A DNA stretch of 64,000 nt from Mustelus asterias (taxonomy: Eukaryota), in assembly GCF_964213995.1 (NCBI RefSeq), contig NC_135826.1, forward strand, positions 31,868,001-31,932,000. The letters are read 5' to 3'. Under the pieces are notes generated by a model. The model was not told the DNA's origin and made no database searches. It saw only the letters and a program-made list of their open reading frames with translations. Below are positions 26,701 to 41,700 of the stretch, in pieces. Numbering within the stretch: the stretch's first letter is position 1; the number at the start of each line of letters is the position of its first letter. Position numbers and translations under genes: made by a program.

Positions 26701-29700
26701 AGCAATGTTTATGATGGAAATATTTTACTTTTACAAGAGAATGGCATAATCAGTAAATTTCTCAATGTTTGTTAACGGTAAAACATCTTGGGAATGCAGA
26801 TGCAGCAATCAGTTTTTATGAAGTTCATTAAGTTTTATAAGGATTATCAATCTGTCCATGAGACAATGAATACTATACTGAACAGTAAACAAGAATTTAT
26901 CTAGCATGGATTTCTGTTGACTGCTAAGATTAATGCAGTCCATGGAATACCAATTAAGATCTGCTACACATTCTGGGATCACTTCCACTTTCTAAATTCA
27001 ATTTCCTTCCAATTATCTTAGCAAAACAATCTTTCTTATTCTTCGAAGCGTGTAAAGAACAAACTTGCATTTGTATTGTGCCTTTCATAACAGCCAATCA
27101 AGTGTAGTCAATGTTGTAATGTAGAGAGACATGGTAGCTAATTTGTGCAGAACAAGATCACACAAATACCAGTGGAACAACTGACCAGGCAATGTGTTTT
27201 TGTTCTCTGATTGAAATGTAAGCATTGGTCAGACACCAGGAGAACAACTTGATCCTTTTGTAAAAGCACCACTAGTTCTTCAACAAAAACAGGGCAGGTG
27301 CAACCTCAGTTTTATGCCTCCTCCAACTGCGTAGCACTTCCTCAGTGCAGCACTGAAATATTAGCCTATAATGCGCTCTCTTAAGTGGGCTTTGAACTCA
27401 ATAAATTTTGTATCAGAAGGATGCTACGAAGATTGATAAATTTTCCTTTTGTAAATTACAAATTCATACCAACCGTATAGGAATACCAAAATTAACATTA
27501 AAATACGTTGGTTAATAGAAACAAGATTTATTTTGCTTGTTGCGACGTATACTCAAACAGTGATTAAGAATAAACATAACCAGATGAAAAGCGATCTTCT
27601 TAAACATGACTAAAGTGTAGCTCTATTTTCACATCAAAAGAATGATATTTACTCTCTCTGACCAGCCAACCGATGTAACAGAATCTCCATCTATAGAAAG
27701 GTCACACAGTCTGATCACCTAAAAGAAAGAAAGTCATTAATTAGGGTACATGTTTTAAATATATGTATACAAGTAGGGCATCCACATTTTCTTAAAGCTG
27801 TACTGAAAGCAAAAATTGGATAAAAGAATTTGAACTTATTCCAAGAAAATAGTCAAAGGCTCATTGGCATTTTATTACAATGATCTTCCTAATGTCTGAT
27901 TTAATACACAAAATAAGATGGAAATGGCATTCTTAAATGACATATTTCACACTAACTTTACGTTAATGCACTGAATTGGCTTTGCATATTTTAAAATCTT
28001 AAAAGATTTTAATTGCATGGGTTTTGATTGACTCATTAGTACTGTCAGCTGTACAGGCCAAATATTTTTCCCTTCAGCTTCCACACATTTCAGTTTTTTT
28101 TGTTTCCCAAAATAGTGCGAAGCTATAGATTATACTTCTAAAGTTTTAATTCAGCTAATGTTTTTATCTTTTCTAAAATGCAAAAAAGTTATTTTATTTC
28201 AAGAGATGTTTTGTTTTCAAAGATGACAGAATGATTTAATACCTGTTTTTACTCATTTGTTTTCTATGAACTTCAATAGTTGTTTTGTTCCTCATTGCAA
28301 TTTCTGTTTATTGAATCCCTAGTGCTGAAGGAGGCCATTTGACCCATCAAGTCTGTACCGATTCTGACAGAGTATCTTACCCAGACCCTCTCCCCCGCCT
28401 GGTCTCCCTAACCCCACATATCTACCATGTCTAATCCATCCAACCTACAAGTCTTGAGATACTCAGGGACATTTTTTACTATCATGGCCAATCCACCTAA
28501 TCTGCACATCTTTGGACTGTGGGTGGAAACTGGAGCACCCAGAGGAAACCCATGCAATCATGGGGAAAATGTGCAAACTCCACACAGTCACCCAAGGCCA
28601 GAACGGAATCTGGGGTCCATGGCACTGTGAGGCCCCAGCAGTGCTAACCATTGTGCCACCCTTGTTTAATTCATCATTTAATAACAAGCTCTAATTGTCT
28701 CCTGTTCATCCTGTGTTGTGCTGATAATTAGAACAGCCTCTTATTAACTTATTTTCAGTTAGAAAATGTGAATTTCTTAATTAGAGAGAGCACACGTGCA
28801 ATTACTGACAAAAATTGTTCCTAAATGACATCCGCTTGGTATCTCCAAGGATATCTTTCTTTTGACATATTCAATGGTTATTGATGCATTTTCTTCAAAA
28901 CTGGTATTTTGAAAGATTGTATTCCAGCAAGAACTTTTAATAAAGACTTGCCAATTTTTGTGTCTGCAAATCAACTATCCTTACAACTGTCTTGTTTATG
29001 GTTTATCATCTTTGGTCATAGAATCCGTAGACCCCGCAATTAGGTAAAAAGATTAACAATCTTGAGGTTCAGAAGACATTTATAAAATAAACTAAACATA
29101 ATTTTTATGCTTTGTGATCAAGGTTACTTGTGATTTAAATATTGTGACTAAATATTTCATCCTTGGAAATATTTATGTGGCCTACTTTTGGTTTCTCAAG
29201 CTCTATTTTAAAATAAACAGCTGAAAAAATGATGAATAGGACATTGTTTCATTCATTCTCTAGACATTAAAAGTATAAGCGCATGAGATGATAGTTCATT
29301 AGTACTTAGCTGAATATTCTTATTCAGGAAAGATTATAACACCACGAAGCTAAAAACGCAGCAGCTCTAATGTGGGAAAACATCCCAAGGTGCTTCACAG
29401 ACAAAAAACTATAGGAGACAATATTTGGAGTTCCTGGTCAAAGAGGTAGGTTTCAAGCAGCCTTTTAAAGGAGGAAAATATTGGAGAGGCAAGATATTTT
29501 GGGGAGGAATTGCAGAGCTTAGGATCTAGGTAGTTTGAAGGCATTTCTGCCAATCTCGATGCAAAGGAAGTGGGGAGTTCACAAGAGGCCAGTTGGAAGA
29601 ACGCAGAGAGCTGAGTGTTGTAGAGCTGGAGGTGGTTCGAGGCAGTTCATGTGGGGGGGGGGGGGGGGGGGGGGGGGGGGAGAATTTCAGATTTGACATT

Positions 29701-32700
29701 GATGAACCAAAAGAGAGGTGCGAGGAGTTATTTGTTACAGACACAGTGGCACTTACTTCATTTACAATGTAAAGCATCCTCTACACACCCGAGTCTTGAA
29801 CATTCTAGAGTAGCTATGTGATGGGCAAAAATCCTAGGGATCTTTGCAATATGTTGCAAAATATACAATGGAGCAGTCACTTAACAAATCACCATCCCAC
29901 GTGTCTATATAGAGAAGTGTATTAAATTAAAGCTTTTGTCATGTTCTTTGAAAAAATATGTTGCTGAAATAGTACTGCAGTCACATGAAAACTGCCTGAG
30001 AAACAGTGAAAAAAATTATGCCACTACTTAGTAGGATTATTTCATTAAATTTTTACTCAACTTCAGGAATGCCTCATTGGCTTGGCACTCAACTCCTCCC
30101 TAATTCCTGGACTCATTCCTGATTGCTGAACTCATGCCAAGACTCGGCCCTCTCCCGTAATCCCGAACAAGCTTCCTAATTCTGTTTTCCTTTCTGCATC
30201 AACCACAGAACCCATCTCCTGTCTTGCCAGTCCCTCCCAAGATCCAGAGCTGCTTGGAAAGACAGCAGAGTTCCTCAGCTTTAACCTTCTGGCTTTAGGC
30301 CCCAACTTTCTTTAACCTAGGTCCTGGTTCCCATTTTTTAACTCCCTATCCCACATGTCCAGCTTGCTTCAGTGGCTCCTTAATGCTAGGAAGCTATCAC
30401 TCATGATCCAGTACAGCTGTGACTATCCATTCAGTCCTGTTTGTACACATTTGAATCTCAGACTTTGGTTTACAACTGCTATGATATTGCAATGGCCACA
30501 GTGTTGCACAATTTGATAGGACTGAGCAACAGTCACCAACAGCAGCATGGCTCAGAGATCAGCTCAATGTATGAATCTAATCACATGTATAAACAACTTC
30601 AAAAATGAAGGGTAATAATAGAACATAGAACAGTACAGCACAGAACAGGCCCTTCGGCCCACGATGTTGTGCCGAGCTTTGTCTGAAACCCAGATCAAAC
30701 TATTTCCTCCCTATCATCCCGAAGTACTCCATGTGCCTATCCAATAGTTTCTTAAATGTTCCTAAAGTTTCTGACTCCACTATCCCTGCAGGCAGTCCAT
30801 TCCACACCCCAACCACTCTGAGTAAAAAACCTACCTCGGACATCCTTCCTATATCTCCCACCATGAACCCTATAGTTATGCCCCCTAGTTATCGCTCCAT
30901 TCACCCGAGGAAATAGTCTTTGAACGTTCACTCTATCTATTCCCCTCATCATCTTATAAACCTCTATCAAGTCTCCTCTCAATCTCCTCCGCTCCAAAGA
31001 GAAAAGCCCAAGTTCCCTCAACCTTTCCTCATAAGACCTACCCTCCAAACCAGGCAGCATCCTGGTAAATCTCCTTTGCACTCTTTCCAGTGTCTCCACA
31101 TCCTTCTTGTAGTGAGGTGACCAGAACTGCCCACAATATTCCAAATGTGGTCTCACCAAGGTCCTGTACAGTTGCAGCATAACCCCACGGCTCTTAAACT
31201 CAAACCCCCTGTTAATGAATGCCAACACACTATAATGTACCAACCCAAACAGGGACATGATACTTGACCCTTTTCTTTTAAAATTTGAGATGTTACTTAG
31301 ACAATTGCAAAAGTAGCAAAATGTTTCAAAAGTAACAAAGTAATGAAATCAACTACCAAGGCTGTTTACCAGAAAGAGCCAACATCTGGAGCAGAAGTTT
31401 TTTGTTCTTTTTCTAAACATAAGCTGCTACTCTGATGCAGCATCAGAACCTCACAGATCACGGTTACTAATGTTTACCAATAACAAACAAAACCAGGAGA
31501 CACTATTCATCAAATGATTTCTCTAGAACATTGAACAGGTTCAATATCATGAGGCGGTGAAGAATGTGGAATAAAAATGATTGTTGTAATCCCTGATTAA
31601 CATAATCTAAACTGAAAAGATTGAATTGTTATTGGTAAAATAAAGTGAATTGACTTTTTCATCACTGACATAGGTCACTGAAATCTGCATTTAAGGATAA
31701 GCCATGCAATAACTGCATTGTTCATACAATAAGGGTGGGTAGAGAGACAGAGCACCAGAAACAGGAAGGGAAAGAGACTGTAAGCTAAAAGGTTCACCTG
31801 GCTAGTACAAGCACTCCAAAGGTACACACAAGTGCCAAGTCCAACACTTAACACATTTAGGGAAGACCAGTCCACTAGGTTTAAGTAAAAGTCATCCTGA
31901 AGTTCAGGTGCATCAAGAACTTTAAATGGGATCTTCGAGATTTTGCGAGTAGGCTTTCTTGGTGACCGCAACAACTTTTGGCTGTTCAAGACAGAAATGA
32001 CAAAATTAAATGCCAAACCAAATAGCAGCATGTACTTTTTTAAAATTTGACAATGGTTAATATGATCATGCACCATGCTATCACTGGTTGCATTCTGCTC
32101 AGTTTAGGAAAGTGGAACATTATTTGGCACTGCATTGTTATAATTTTCTTGTGACCATTCATAACTGAGTATTGTAAACATCCAAAGTGTCTCAGATTCA
32201 AGTTTAGATTATGCACGGGGAATATATTTAGATGCATTTTTGGCTGTTTCTTAGGTGAAAAAAAGATCCAAATATATGTGACTATGTCCCATGCATCAAG
32301 ACTGCTTGAAGATGTATGTTCAAGATGCTTGAAATACATCAGGCAGCAATCTGGCTCAGAAAATATGCAGGAGAGCCAAGCAGCTCTCTCAGCTGGCTGC
32401 TGACCCTCCTGCACATGTTAATGAGGTGTTTAAGGACCCATGTCAAACTCAGTAAGAAAATTGAGCAAAGTACACATATGCAGAGCATGGATATGCTCCA
32501 CTCAGGTTTTGTGTGTCGTTCGGCAACCTAAAACATGGTCCATAAAAAGATCATTGGAGATAACCAATACAAAAAAGTTTTTTTTCTTATTTGATTTATT
32601 AACATAGTGAAAAGTATTGTTTCTTGCGTGCTATACAGACAAAGCATACCGTTCATAGAGATGGAAATGAGAAAGTGCAGAATGCAGTGTTACAGTCATA

Positions 32701-35700
32701 GGTAGGGTGAAGAGAAAGATCAACTTAATGTAAGTTAAGTCCATTCAAAAGTCTGACAGCAGCAGGGAAGAAGCTGTTCTCGAGTCGGTTGGTACGTGAC
32801 CTCAGGCTTTTGTATCTTTTTCCCGAAGGAAGAAGGTGGAAGAGAGAATATCCGGGGTGCGTGGGGTCCTTAGTTATGCTGGCTGCTTTGTTGAGGCAGC
32901 GGGAAGTGTAGACAGAGTCAATGGATGGGAGGCTGGTTTGCGTGATGGATTGGGCTACATTCATGACCTTTTGTAGTTCCTTTAGGTCTTCAGCAGAGCA
33001 GGAACCATACCAAGCTGTGATACAACCAGAAAGAATGCTTTGTATGGTGCATCTGTAAAAGTTGGTGAGAGTCGTAATTGACATGCCAAATTTCCCTTAG
33101 TCTTCTGAGAAAGTAGAGATGTTGGTGGGCTTTCTTAACTATAGTGTCGGCATGGGGGTACCAGGACAGGTTGTTGGTGATCTGGACACCTAAAAACTTG
33201 AAGCTCTTGACCCTTTCTACTTTGTCCCCGTTGCTGTAGACAGGGGCATGTTCTCCTTTACGCTTTCTGAAGTCGATGAAGATCTCCTTCATTTTGTTAA
33301 CATTGAGGGAGAGATTATTGTTGCTGCACCAGTTCACCAGATTCTCTATCTCATTCCTGTACTCTGTCTCGTCATTGTTTGAGATCTGACCCACTACGGT
33401 GGTGTCGCCAGCAAACTTGTAAATCTTAACTTGTAAAATCTTGTAAATTTTAACCTAGCTCACTGCAGAACTCCACCAAACTACTCCAAGCTGACGCCAA
33501 CTTGTGCTCACACCAGCACCTCCCAACCTCCCGTATGGCTGCACTGCCCCCAGCAGTTCCTGGTGTTAAGTTTGGTCAAGTGCAGTTCAAAAAAGGTCAC
33601 AAAACTGTCCTGCAAATCAGACAAATCAATAACGAATTGTTGACTTAAGTCATATCTAAAGGACTGCAGTATTTGAAGTTCCAGATTGAAGGACAGCCAA
33701 CAAAAGAATACAATAAAGAATTGGTACAAACCACATGGACAGTTCAGAGTCAATATATATTCTGCAGTTTAATGTACCAATGTTTATATTTAGATATTAA
33801 CTGAACAGGGAGTTTAGTAATTCCAAAACAGATTAAAAAGTGTCAAGAAAAAACAATTTGGATAATGAATATCATGTCCCTAGCATTCGGATTCCAATAT
33901 ATTAGCTACCTATATTGACCTTCAGAAGATATAGTCATTTCCACAAAGGTTGGAAATTTAAAAAGAGGGAACTCTGCGTGAACTTTCAGTAGCCAGATTT
34001 CGAATTACATAGAGGTACACAATTTCAACATTCAAATTACGAGAAATGTATTAGTATTACACCATTAGAACTCCCAATACATAATGGCATGATGAGATAT
34101 AAGGTTACCTTTTATTGCTAACAGGAGATAAGGAGTAAGGTGAAATGTCGTTTCCATCATCAGGACTTGCACGCTTAGCGCTGAGTGAGTACTAAAAAAT
34201 AAAATCAATACAACATATTAACATTGGTTAAAGATGTTAACACCAATTTTCTTTTACAATTCCAAATGGGGAACACAACAGTGGTTTAATATAATCTTTG
34301 GTAAGATAAGAGAATAAAGCTCTTAAAGATCTGGATTTTCAATAAATATTGAGCTTTAATTTTCAGTGATGCTGTACGGCCAACATTAATAGAACGATCA
34401 GTCCATAGAATCATAAATGTAATTGTAGTGAACATCAATAGTATTTCCATTTACTTTACAGAAGTAGCAGGGAGCCAAGTGTCTAATGAAAACGAGGAAC
34501 CCAAAGTAATTATTAAAGTACCGGAGAAGAAATTAATAGGACCAAAAGTCAACAAGTCGCCTGGAGACTTATCGTTACCCTCAAGTAAAACTTGGAGGCA
34601 GGCAGGTAAATAGGTTAAACTGTTCCTTTCTCAGTGATGAGAAGTTCATACCTTGAATAAACTTTTCTTTTCGGGCGTTGAAGGCTGTAATCTTCGATCT
34701 TCAGTTTGAGGGTCTTGAACTTTTTCAATCCCTGCTCCAAGCAGCTCATTTTTAAGTAATGCAGAATAAGCAAGTCCATCTGTCACACACAAAATAGGGC
34801 AGACGAAAACAGAGAAATAGGATTTAAAAAGTAGGTACAAGTAGGACGCAGTTTTCATTTGCACTATTTGAACAGTTATAATACTGGTCACCTTTTATCC
34901 TGCTCCATTTTACAAAAAGGTTTAAAGAACTTTAAAATGAGAAAGGCAAGCAGTGTGGTTTACCAATGTTATAATTCGAGTTGCATGCAGTGCCTCCTAG
35001 TGTAGTAACATTTATTAGTTGCAACTGATTAATTGTCAGTTGACAGCACAACAACAGTGAAAGGCAGGCGTTTTCTGTTCTATTAAACCACATGACTTGA
35101 AATAACATGCACTCAACTGACTGAAATTGGGGAGTACAACACTTTGCTTAACTGTATTGTCAGATGTAGTAAGAAAGTTTCACCAGCCACTTTTCAAACA
35201 CAAAATTTTGGCATCAAGTTTACCCTTGATCTATGGCTAACTGAAATATGTGCACGACACAGTAAAAATTGACCAGTTTAATCCACTGATAATTTAAGAT
35301 CACAAAATCACAAGAGCCAGGCAAGACTTTACAGCTTTAAAAAGGTGGACCTTCTGTGGCTTTGCCTACAAAATGTCAATACACAGCACATTTCCCTCAA
35401 AGTACATTTCAACAATTGGCCTAGCGCCAATGATACCTACATCCTGTAAATAGAACATAGAACAGAACAGTACAGGAACAGGCTCTTCGGCCCACAATGT
35501 TGGGCTGAACATGATGCCAAATTCAACTAATCCCCTCTGCCTGCCTCAAGTGCATATTCCTCTATTCCTCACATATTCATGTCCTTATGTAAAAGCCCCT
35601 GAAACACACTATGGTATCTGCCTCCATCGCCACCCCTGGCAGCACATTCCAGACACCTACCACTTAGTAAAAAAAACTTGCCCCTCTCATCTCCTTTGAA

Positions 35701-38700
35701 CTATCCCCCTCTCACCTTAAGCGCATGCCCCCTAGTATTAGACATTTCAACTCTGGGAAAAAGATTCTGTCAACTCTATCTATGCTCCTCATAATTTTAT
35801 AGACTTTATCAGGTATCCCCTCAGCTTCCACTGCTCCAGAGAAAACAACCCCAGTTTGTCCAGCCTCTCCTTTTAGCTCATACACTCTAAACCAGGCAGC
35901 ACTCTGGTAAACCTCTTCTGCACTCTCTCCAAAATCTCCCCATCCTTCCTGTAATGTGGCGACCAGAATAAAACCTTTCAAATCAAGGTTTCACATACAG
36001 ATTTCATTTTCAAAGTTTCTTCATTTCTATATTGACCCAGGAGGATTTTTAAATTGAATACTGAGCACACTGTAGTTGTCATAACATTTATAATATCCCT
36101 AACTACACCCAATATTGAGTACACCTTTCAGTATTATACAAGAGGCCTGTTTTAGTGCCTTGCAACGTGTGTGAATTGTTAAAATAATTAGGATTTTGCA
36201 AAAGTAATGCCATTTGAATATAAATTTGGATTTTCACCTCACTATCCTACAGGGTATGATTTTAATTTTTTTTCATGGGGTGTGGGTGTTGTAGTCCATT
36301 CCTCATTGCCCTCGAGTAGGTGGTAATGAGCCACATTTATGAACCATAGCAGTCCATATGGCAACAGCTTGGTAAAACTGAGTGGGTCTGGAGTTACATG
36401 TAGGTCAGACCAGCTAAGGACAGCAGATTTCCTTCCCTAAAGGAGATTAGTGTATCAAGGGTAAACTTGTGTTTTTAATGACGATTGATGACAGTTTCAT
36501 GGTTATCATTACTAAAACTAGCTTCATTAGTTATTTGAATTAATTCAATGAATTTAAATTCCACCATGGCATTTGAACCCATGGCCCCAGACCTTTAGCC
36601 TAGACTCTGGATTACTAGCCCAATGACAACACTACACCACCATCTCAGTACAGTGAAGACATATAGGGTCAGAGGTTTACAGCATGGATACAAGCCTTTC
36701 GGCCCAACTTGTCCATGCTGTCTTTTTTTTAAAAACCCCTAAGCTAGTCCCAATTGCCCGCATTTGGCCCATATCCCTCGAGACCCATCTTACCCATGTG
36801 ACTGTCGAAATGCTTTTTAAAAGACAAAATTGTACCCGCCTCTACTACTACCTCTGGCAGCTTGTTCCAGATGCTCACCACCCTGTGTGTGAAGAAATTG
36901 CCCCACTGGACACTTTTGTATCTCTCCCCTCTCACCTTAAACCTATCCCCTCTAGTTTGAGGCTCCACTACCTTTGGGAAAAAATATTGACTATCTAACT
37001 GATCTATGCCCCTCATTATTTTATAGACCTCTATAAGATCACCCCTCAGCCTTCTATGCTTCAGAGAAAAAAATCCCAGTCTATCCAGCCTCTCCTTATA
37101 ACTCAAACCATCAAGTCCGGGTAGCATCCTAGTAAATCTCTTCTGCACTCTTTCTAGTTTAATAATATTCTTTCTATAATAGGGTGACCAGAACTGTACA
37201 CAGTGTGGCCTTACCAATGTCTTGTACAACTTCAACAATACATCCCAACTCCTGTATTCAATATTCTGACCAACGAAACTAAGCATGCTGAATGCCTTCT
37301 TCACCACTCTGTCCACCTATGACTCCACTTTCAAGGAGCAATGAACATGTACCCCTAGATCTCTTTGTTCTGTAACCCTCCCCAATACCCGACCATTAAC
37401 TGAGTAAGTCCTGCCGTGGTTCAATCTACCAAAATGCATCACCTTGCATTTATCTAAATTAAATGCCATTCATCAACCCACTAGCCCAATTGATCAAGAT
37501 CCCGTTGCAATCAGATAGAAGTTTCTTCACTGTCCACTATGCCACCAATCTTGGTGTCATCTGCAAACTTACTAACCATGCCCCCTATATTCTCATCCAA
37601 ATCATTAATATAAATGACAAATAACAGTAGACCCAGCACTGATCCCTGAGGCACACCGCTGGTCACAGACCTCCAGTTTGAAAGACAACCGTCTACAACC
37701 ACCCTCTGGCTTCTGTCATCAAACCAATTTTGTATCCATTTAGATACCTCACCCGAGATCCCGTGAGATGTAACCTTATGCAACCACCTACCATGCAATA
37801 CCTTGTCAAAGGCCTTGCTAAAGTCCATGTAGACAACATCAACTGCACTGCCCTCATCTACCTTCTTGGTTACCCCTTCAAAAAACTCAATCAAATTTGT
37901 CAGAAACGATTTTCCACTCACAAAGCCATGCTGACTGTCCCTAATCAGTCATCGCATCTCTAAATGCCTGTAGATCCTGTCTCTCAAAATATCTTCTAAC
38001 AACTTACCCACCACAGATGTGAGGCTCACTGGCCTGTAGTTCCCAGACTTTTCCCAGCAGCCCTTTTTGAACAAAGGCACAACATTTGCCACCCTCCAAT
38101 CTTCAGGCACCTCACTCGTGACTATCGATGATTCAAATATCTCTGCTAGGGGACCCGCAATTTCCTCCCTAGCCTCCCACAATGTCCTGGGATACACTTC
38201 ATCAGGTCCCGGGGATTTATCTACCTTGATGCGCTTTACGGCTTCCAGCATCTCCTTCTCTGTAATATGTACACTCCTCAAGACATCACTATTTATTTCC
38301 CCAAGTTCCCTAACATCCATGTTTTTCTCAACAGTAAATACTGATGAGAAATATTCATTTAGGATCTCATCCATCTCTTGTGGATTCGCACATAGATGAC
38401 CTTGTTGATCCTTAAGAGACCCTACTCTCTCCTTGTTACTCTTTTGCCCTTTATGTATTTGTAGAAGCTCTTTGGATTCTCCTTTGCCTTATCTGCCAAA
38501 ACAATCTTGTGTCCCCTTTTTGCCCTTCTGATTTCTCTCTTAACTCTACTCCTACATCCCCTATACTCTTCAAGGGATTCACTTGATCCCAGCTGCCTAT
38601 GCATATCATAGCTTCTACACAATAAAATAGAAAATGATTTTTAAAAATTGCATTAGTGAATGTGGTTTTCTTTTCCCCTCCAAATAAATTCAACACAGCA

Positions 38701-41700
38701 CATTTCCATCAGAGTGCATTAGTACTGCAGTTGGTATGAAGATTAGAAGCTCCATATAGTGGTAGAAGACGGTATGACTGGCCATATCTCAAGACTCATA
38801 CGTGAACCTCACATTCTGTGGTCCAACGCAGCAGGGTGGTTTTGTACCCAAAGCCGACAAACTGCAGGGAGTGTCATTAAAGTCCACTTTAACATATCAA
38901 CTAGAGAATAGTAACAGAATGATAGGCAGCAGGTCAATAGAAAAGCATTTATATTGGGCACACCTTATTAACAGTAAAAACAGTATCAAAAAAAACAATG
39001 CCCATCTTATAACTAAAGACAATAACCAATCTGGGTCAGCAGGTTCTAGATACATGTATCTGTGAACAAGAACATGTGAATATCCAGGTTCTTGCCTGTA
39101 CCAGGATTTGGTTGCCAGGAGTATTATTCTCACATCTGGTATCTTCATAAAGACTCAGACTAATGCATGCCGATTGGCTAATGATCTAGGTTTTTGGATC
39201 TTTTCTAATCATTCCTATCCTCTCATAAAAACACAAGAAATAAGAGAAGTAGGCTATATGACTTGAGTCAAGTCCACCATTCAATAAAATTATGGTGATC
39301 TTCCAACTTAATACCATCTTCCTACATAATCCCCATATCTCTTGATTTCCTTAATATCCAACAATCTGGAACAGTTATTAGCCAGGGCATTGAAAAATAC
39401 ACCGGCTCTTCGCATGGGATCCTGTACAGCCATCTGAGGACAGAGATGTTGTGATTAAATGCTCCAAAATGGAAGGTCAATGGTGCAGCATTATTTCTGT
39501 TGTGTTGGAATGTCAGCCAGCCTAAATTATGAACCTGGAACAATTTGGTTTGGGGGCAATAGTTCTTATATCTCTCAGCTGAGGTTGTTAGCTAACCCAC
39601 TCAACTACTACTGTTAACTCATATCTGTTTAATTTTTTTTTTCTTTTTCAAATATGCAACCATTTCTTTTTTAAAGTCCATTATGAATTCTGCCTCCTCC
39701 CAATATTTCTCAACAACCCGTGATATACATTGTTTGATAACTACACCCTCTTGGGGATGATGAGCCTGTTTTATTTAAATCCCAAGTTTAAGATGTTACA
39801 ATTTAATATCTTATGCATCTCGCATTTCAAACATTGAAAAATAACAAAGATTGAATGTTTTGCAAGAGTGGAGAGCACAAAGACGCAGTGAAAAACTTCT
39901 AATACAATATGTAGAAATTAAAGACACATTTGCCTTTATTTTTATGATTAAAAAGGATTGTAATCCACTATTTGGTAAATAGTGAGACTCTTCCCTCCCA
40001 AGGACCTGGGTGTATTTTGTTTGTATTTAGTACCATTTACTGAAGTTGGTGAAGGAACAATGGAGGTAAACTTGGGTCATCTATGTTAATGTGAACTGTT
40101 AAGATTTTGGTCTCTCTAACTACCCAGAAAAGTGAATGATGATCTCCTCGAAGTGCAAGGTGAAGGGCGGAGAATGAAGAGGGAAGATGACGAATAGACA
40201 GAGGCAATACTACTCCACTCCCATTCCTATAATTACCTTTAAAAAATTATTTGCCCTACTTTCCAAACCCAACTGTGAAATAAATTAATTTCCACACTAT
40301 TCAATTTTTTAAACCTTTGTTCCAATTTTCCTTACAGCTGAACATAACTGGAAAAACTACCTTTTCTGAATGTGCAATAATTGTAAACTTAAGTTTACTG
40401 GACTTGCATAAGACATAATTAAAATAACTAGAACAGTATGTACTGAACCTTTGCCATTGTCAGAGGTTGCATCTTTTGCTTTTCTGTTTTGACTGGGGGA
40501 TTTTTCATTTTCCTAGAAGAGACAAAAACCAATATACATGTTTAATATATGTATTCAATGGTCAATCAACGCAGGTCATTTATGCAGCACCATCTTAGAA
40601 ATGGTCAACAAATCTATTTATGAATGGTGATATTTGCAGGTTGTGTTTTCTCTGCTACAGGCCAATAATCTCAGTTTCCTGGCTGCTGGTCTAATCATAA
40701 AAAAAATCTTGAAAAGTAATAATTGCTCTTTAAAACAAAAAATTTGGTTCATCAATTAAGACAATGATCATCAATTATTTCAAAGAATTTGAAAAAATCT
40801 GCTAAGTTAATTTAAGAAATAAAAATCACCATAACAAGATTCAAGTCACATTTTATATTAGATGGTTTAATAGATGTCAAACAGTTTATTTTGCTAATAT
40901 CCAAGTTGCATTTTGGCTCTGAAAAAAAACTAGAAATTTCAGCTTCGGATTTTGAGAATATTTTTCAAGAGGACAGAACCATATAGCACTTCTCAAAGAA
41001 AAAAAAACACCCACAATTCAAGGATTAATCAAATATTAGATCTTATGGCACCAACTTACATTTATATAGCACCTTAAATGCAACAAAATAGCCCAAGGCA
41101 CTTCATGTGACACTAGACTGCATAGAGATATTGGGGCCAATAGCTTAGTCAGAAAGTAGTCTTCAATAGGATTAAAGAGTGGAAGATAAGTTTATGGAGA
41201 GAATTAAAGAACTTATGGCCTTGGCAGAAGTGATTAAAGGTCAGAATTGGAGGTGCTCTGCTTGGTACAGCAAAAGTATCTTAGCTCATGTGTAGGTTAT
41301 CAGAATGCAAAATATACAGATCTCAGACTTGGCATAATTTTATACCCTAATAAGATAGGATCTACTTGCAACAATCTCCGAGTTTTTAAAGATATGAGAC
41401 ATTTGCAACTTAGTAACTGCTAATGTCATCTCATCTCATCAGATGACTATTTAATTGGTTTATTAAACAACGGTATTAATATATAAACATTGCCTCTAGC
41501 GTGTATTTCATCAGCCACATTATCATCATAGAAATCATAGAAACCCTACAGTGCAGAAGGAGGCCATTCGGCCCATCGAGTCTGCACCGACCACAATCCC
41601 ACCCAGGCCCTACCCCCACATATTTTACCCACTAATCCCTCTAACCTATGCATCCCAGGACTCTAAGGGGCAATTTTTTTTTTTTAACCTGGCCAATCAA

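Noticed and set aside
29653-29680. Poly-G tract as a functional G-quadruplex
   Set aside because: Lies within a degraded repeat, and homopolymer length is unreliable.
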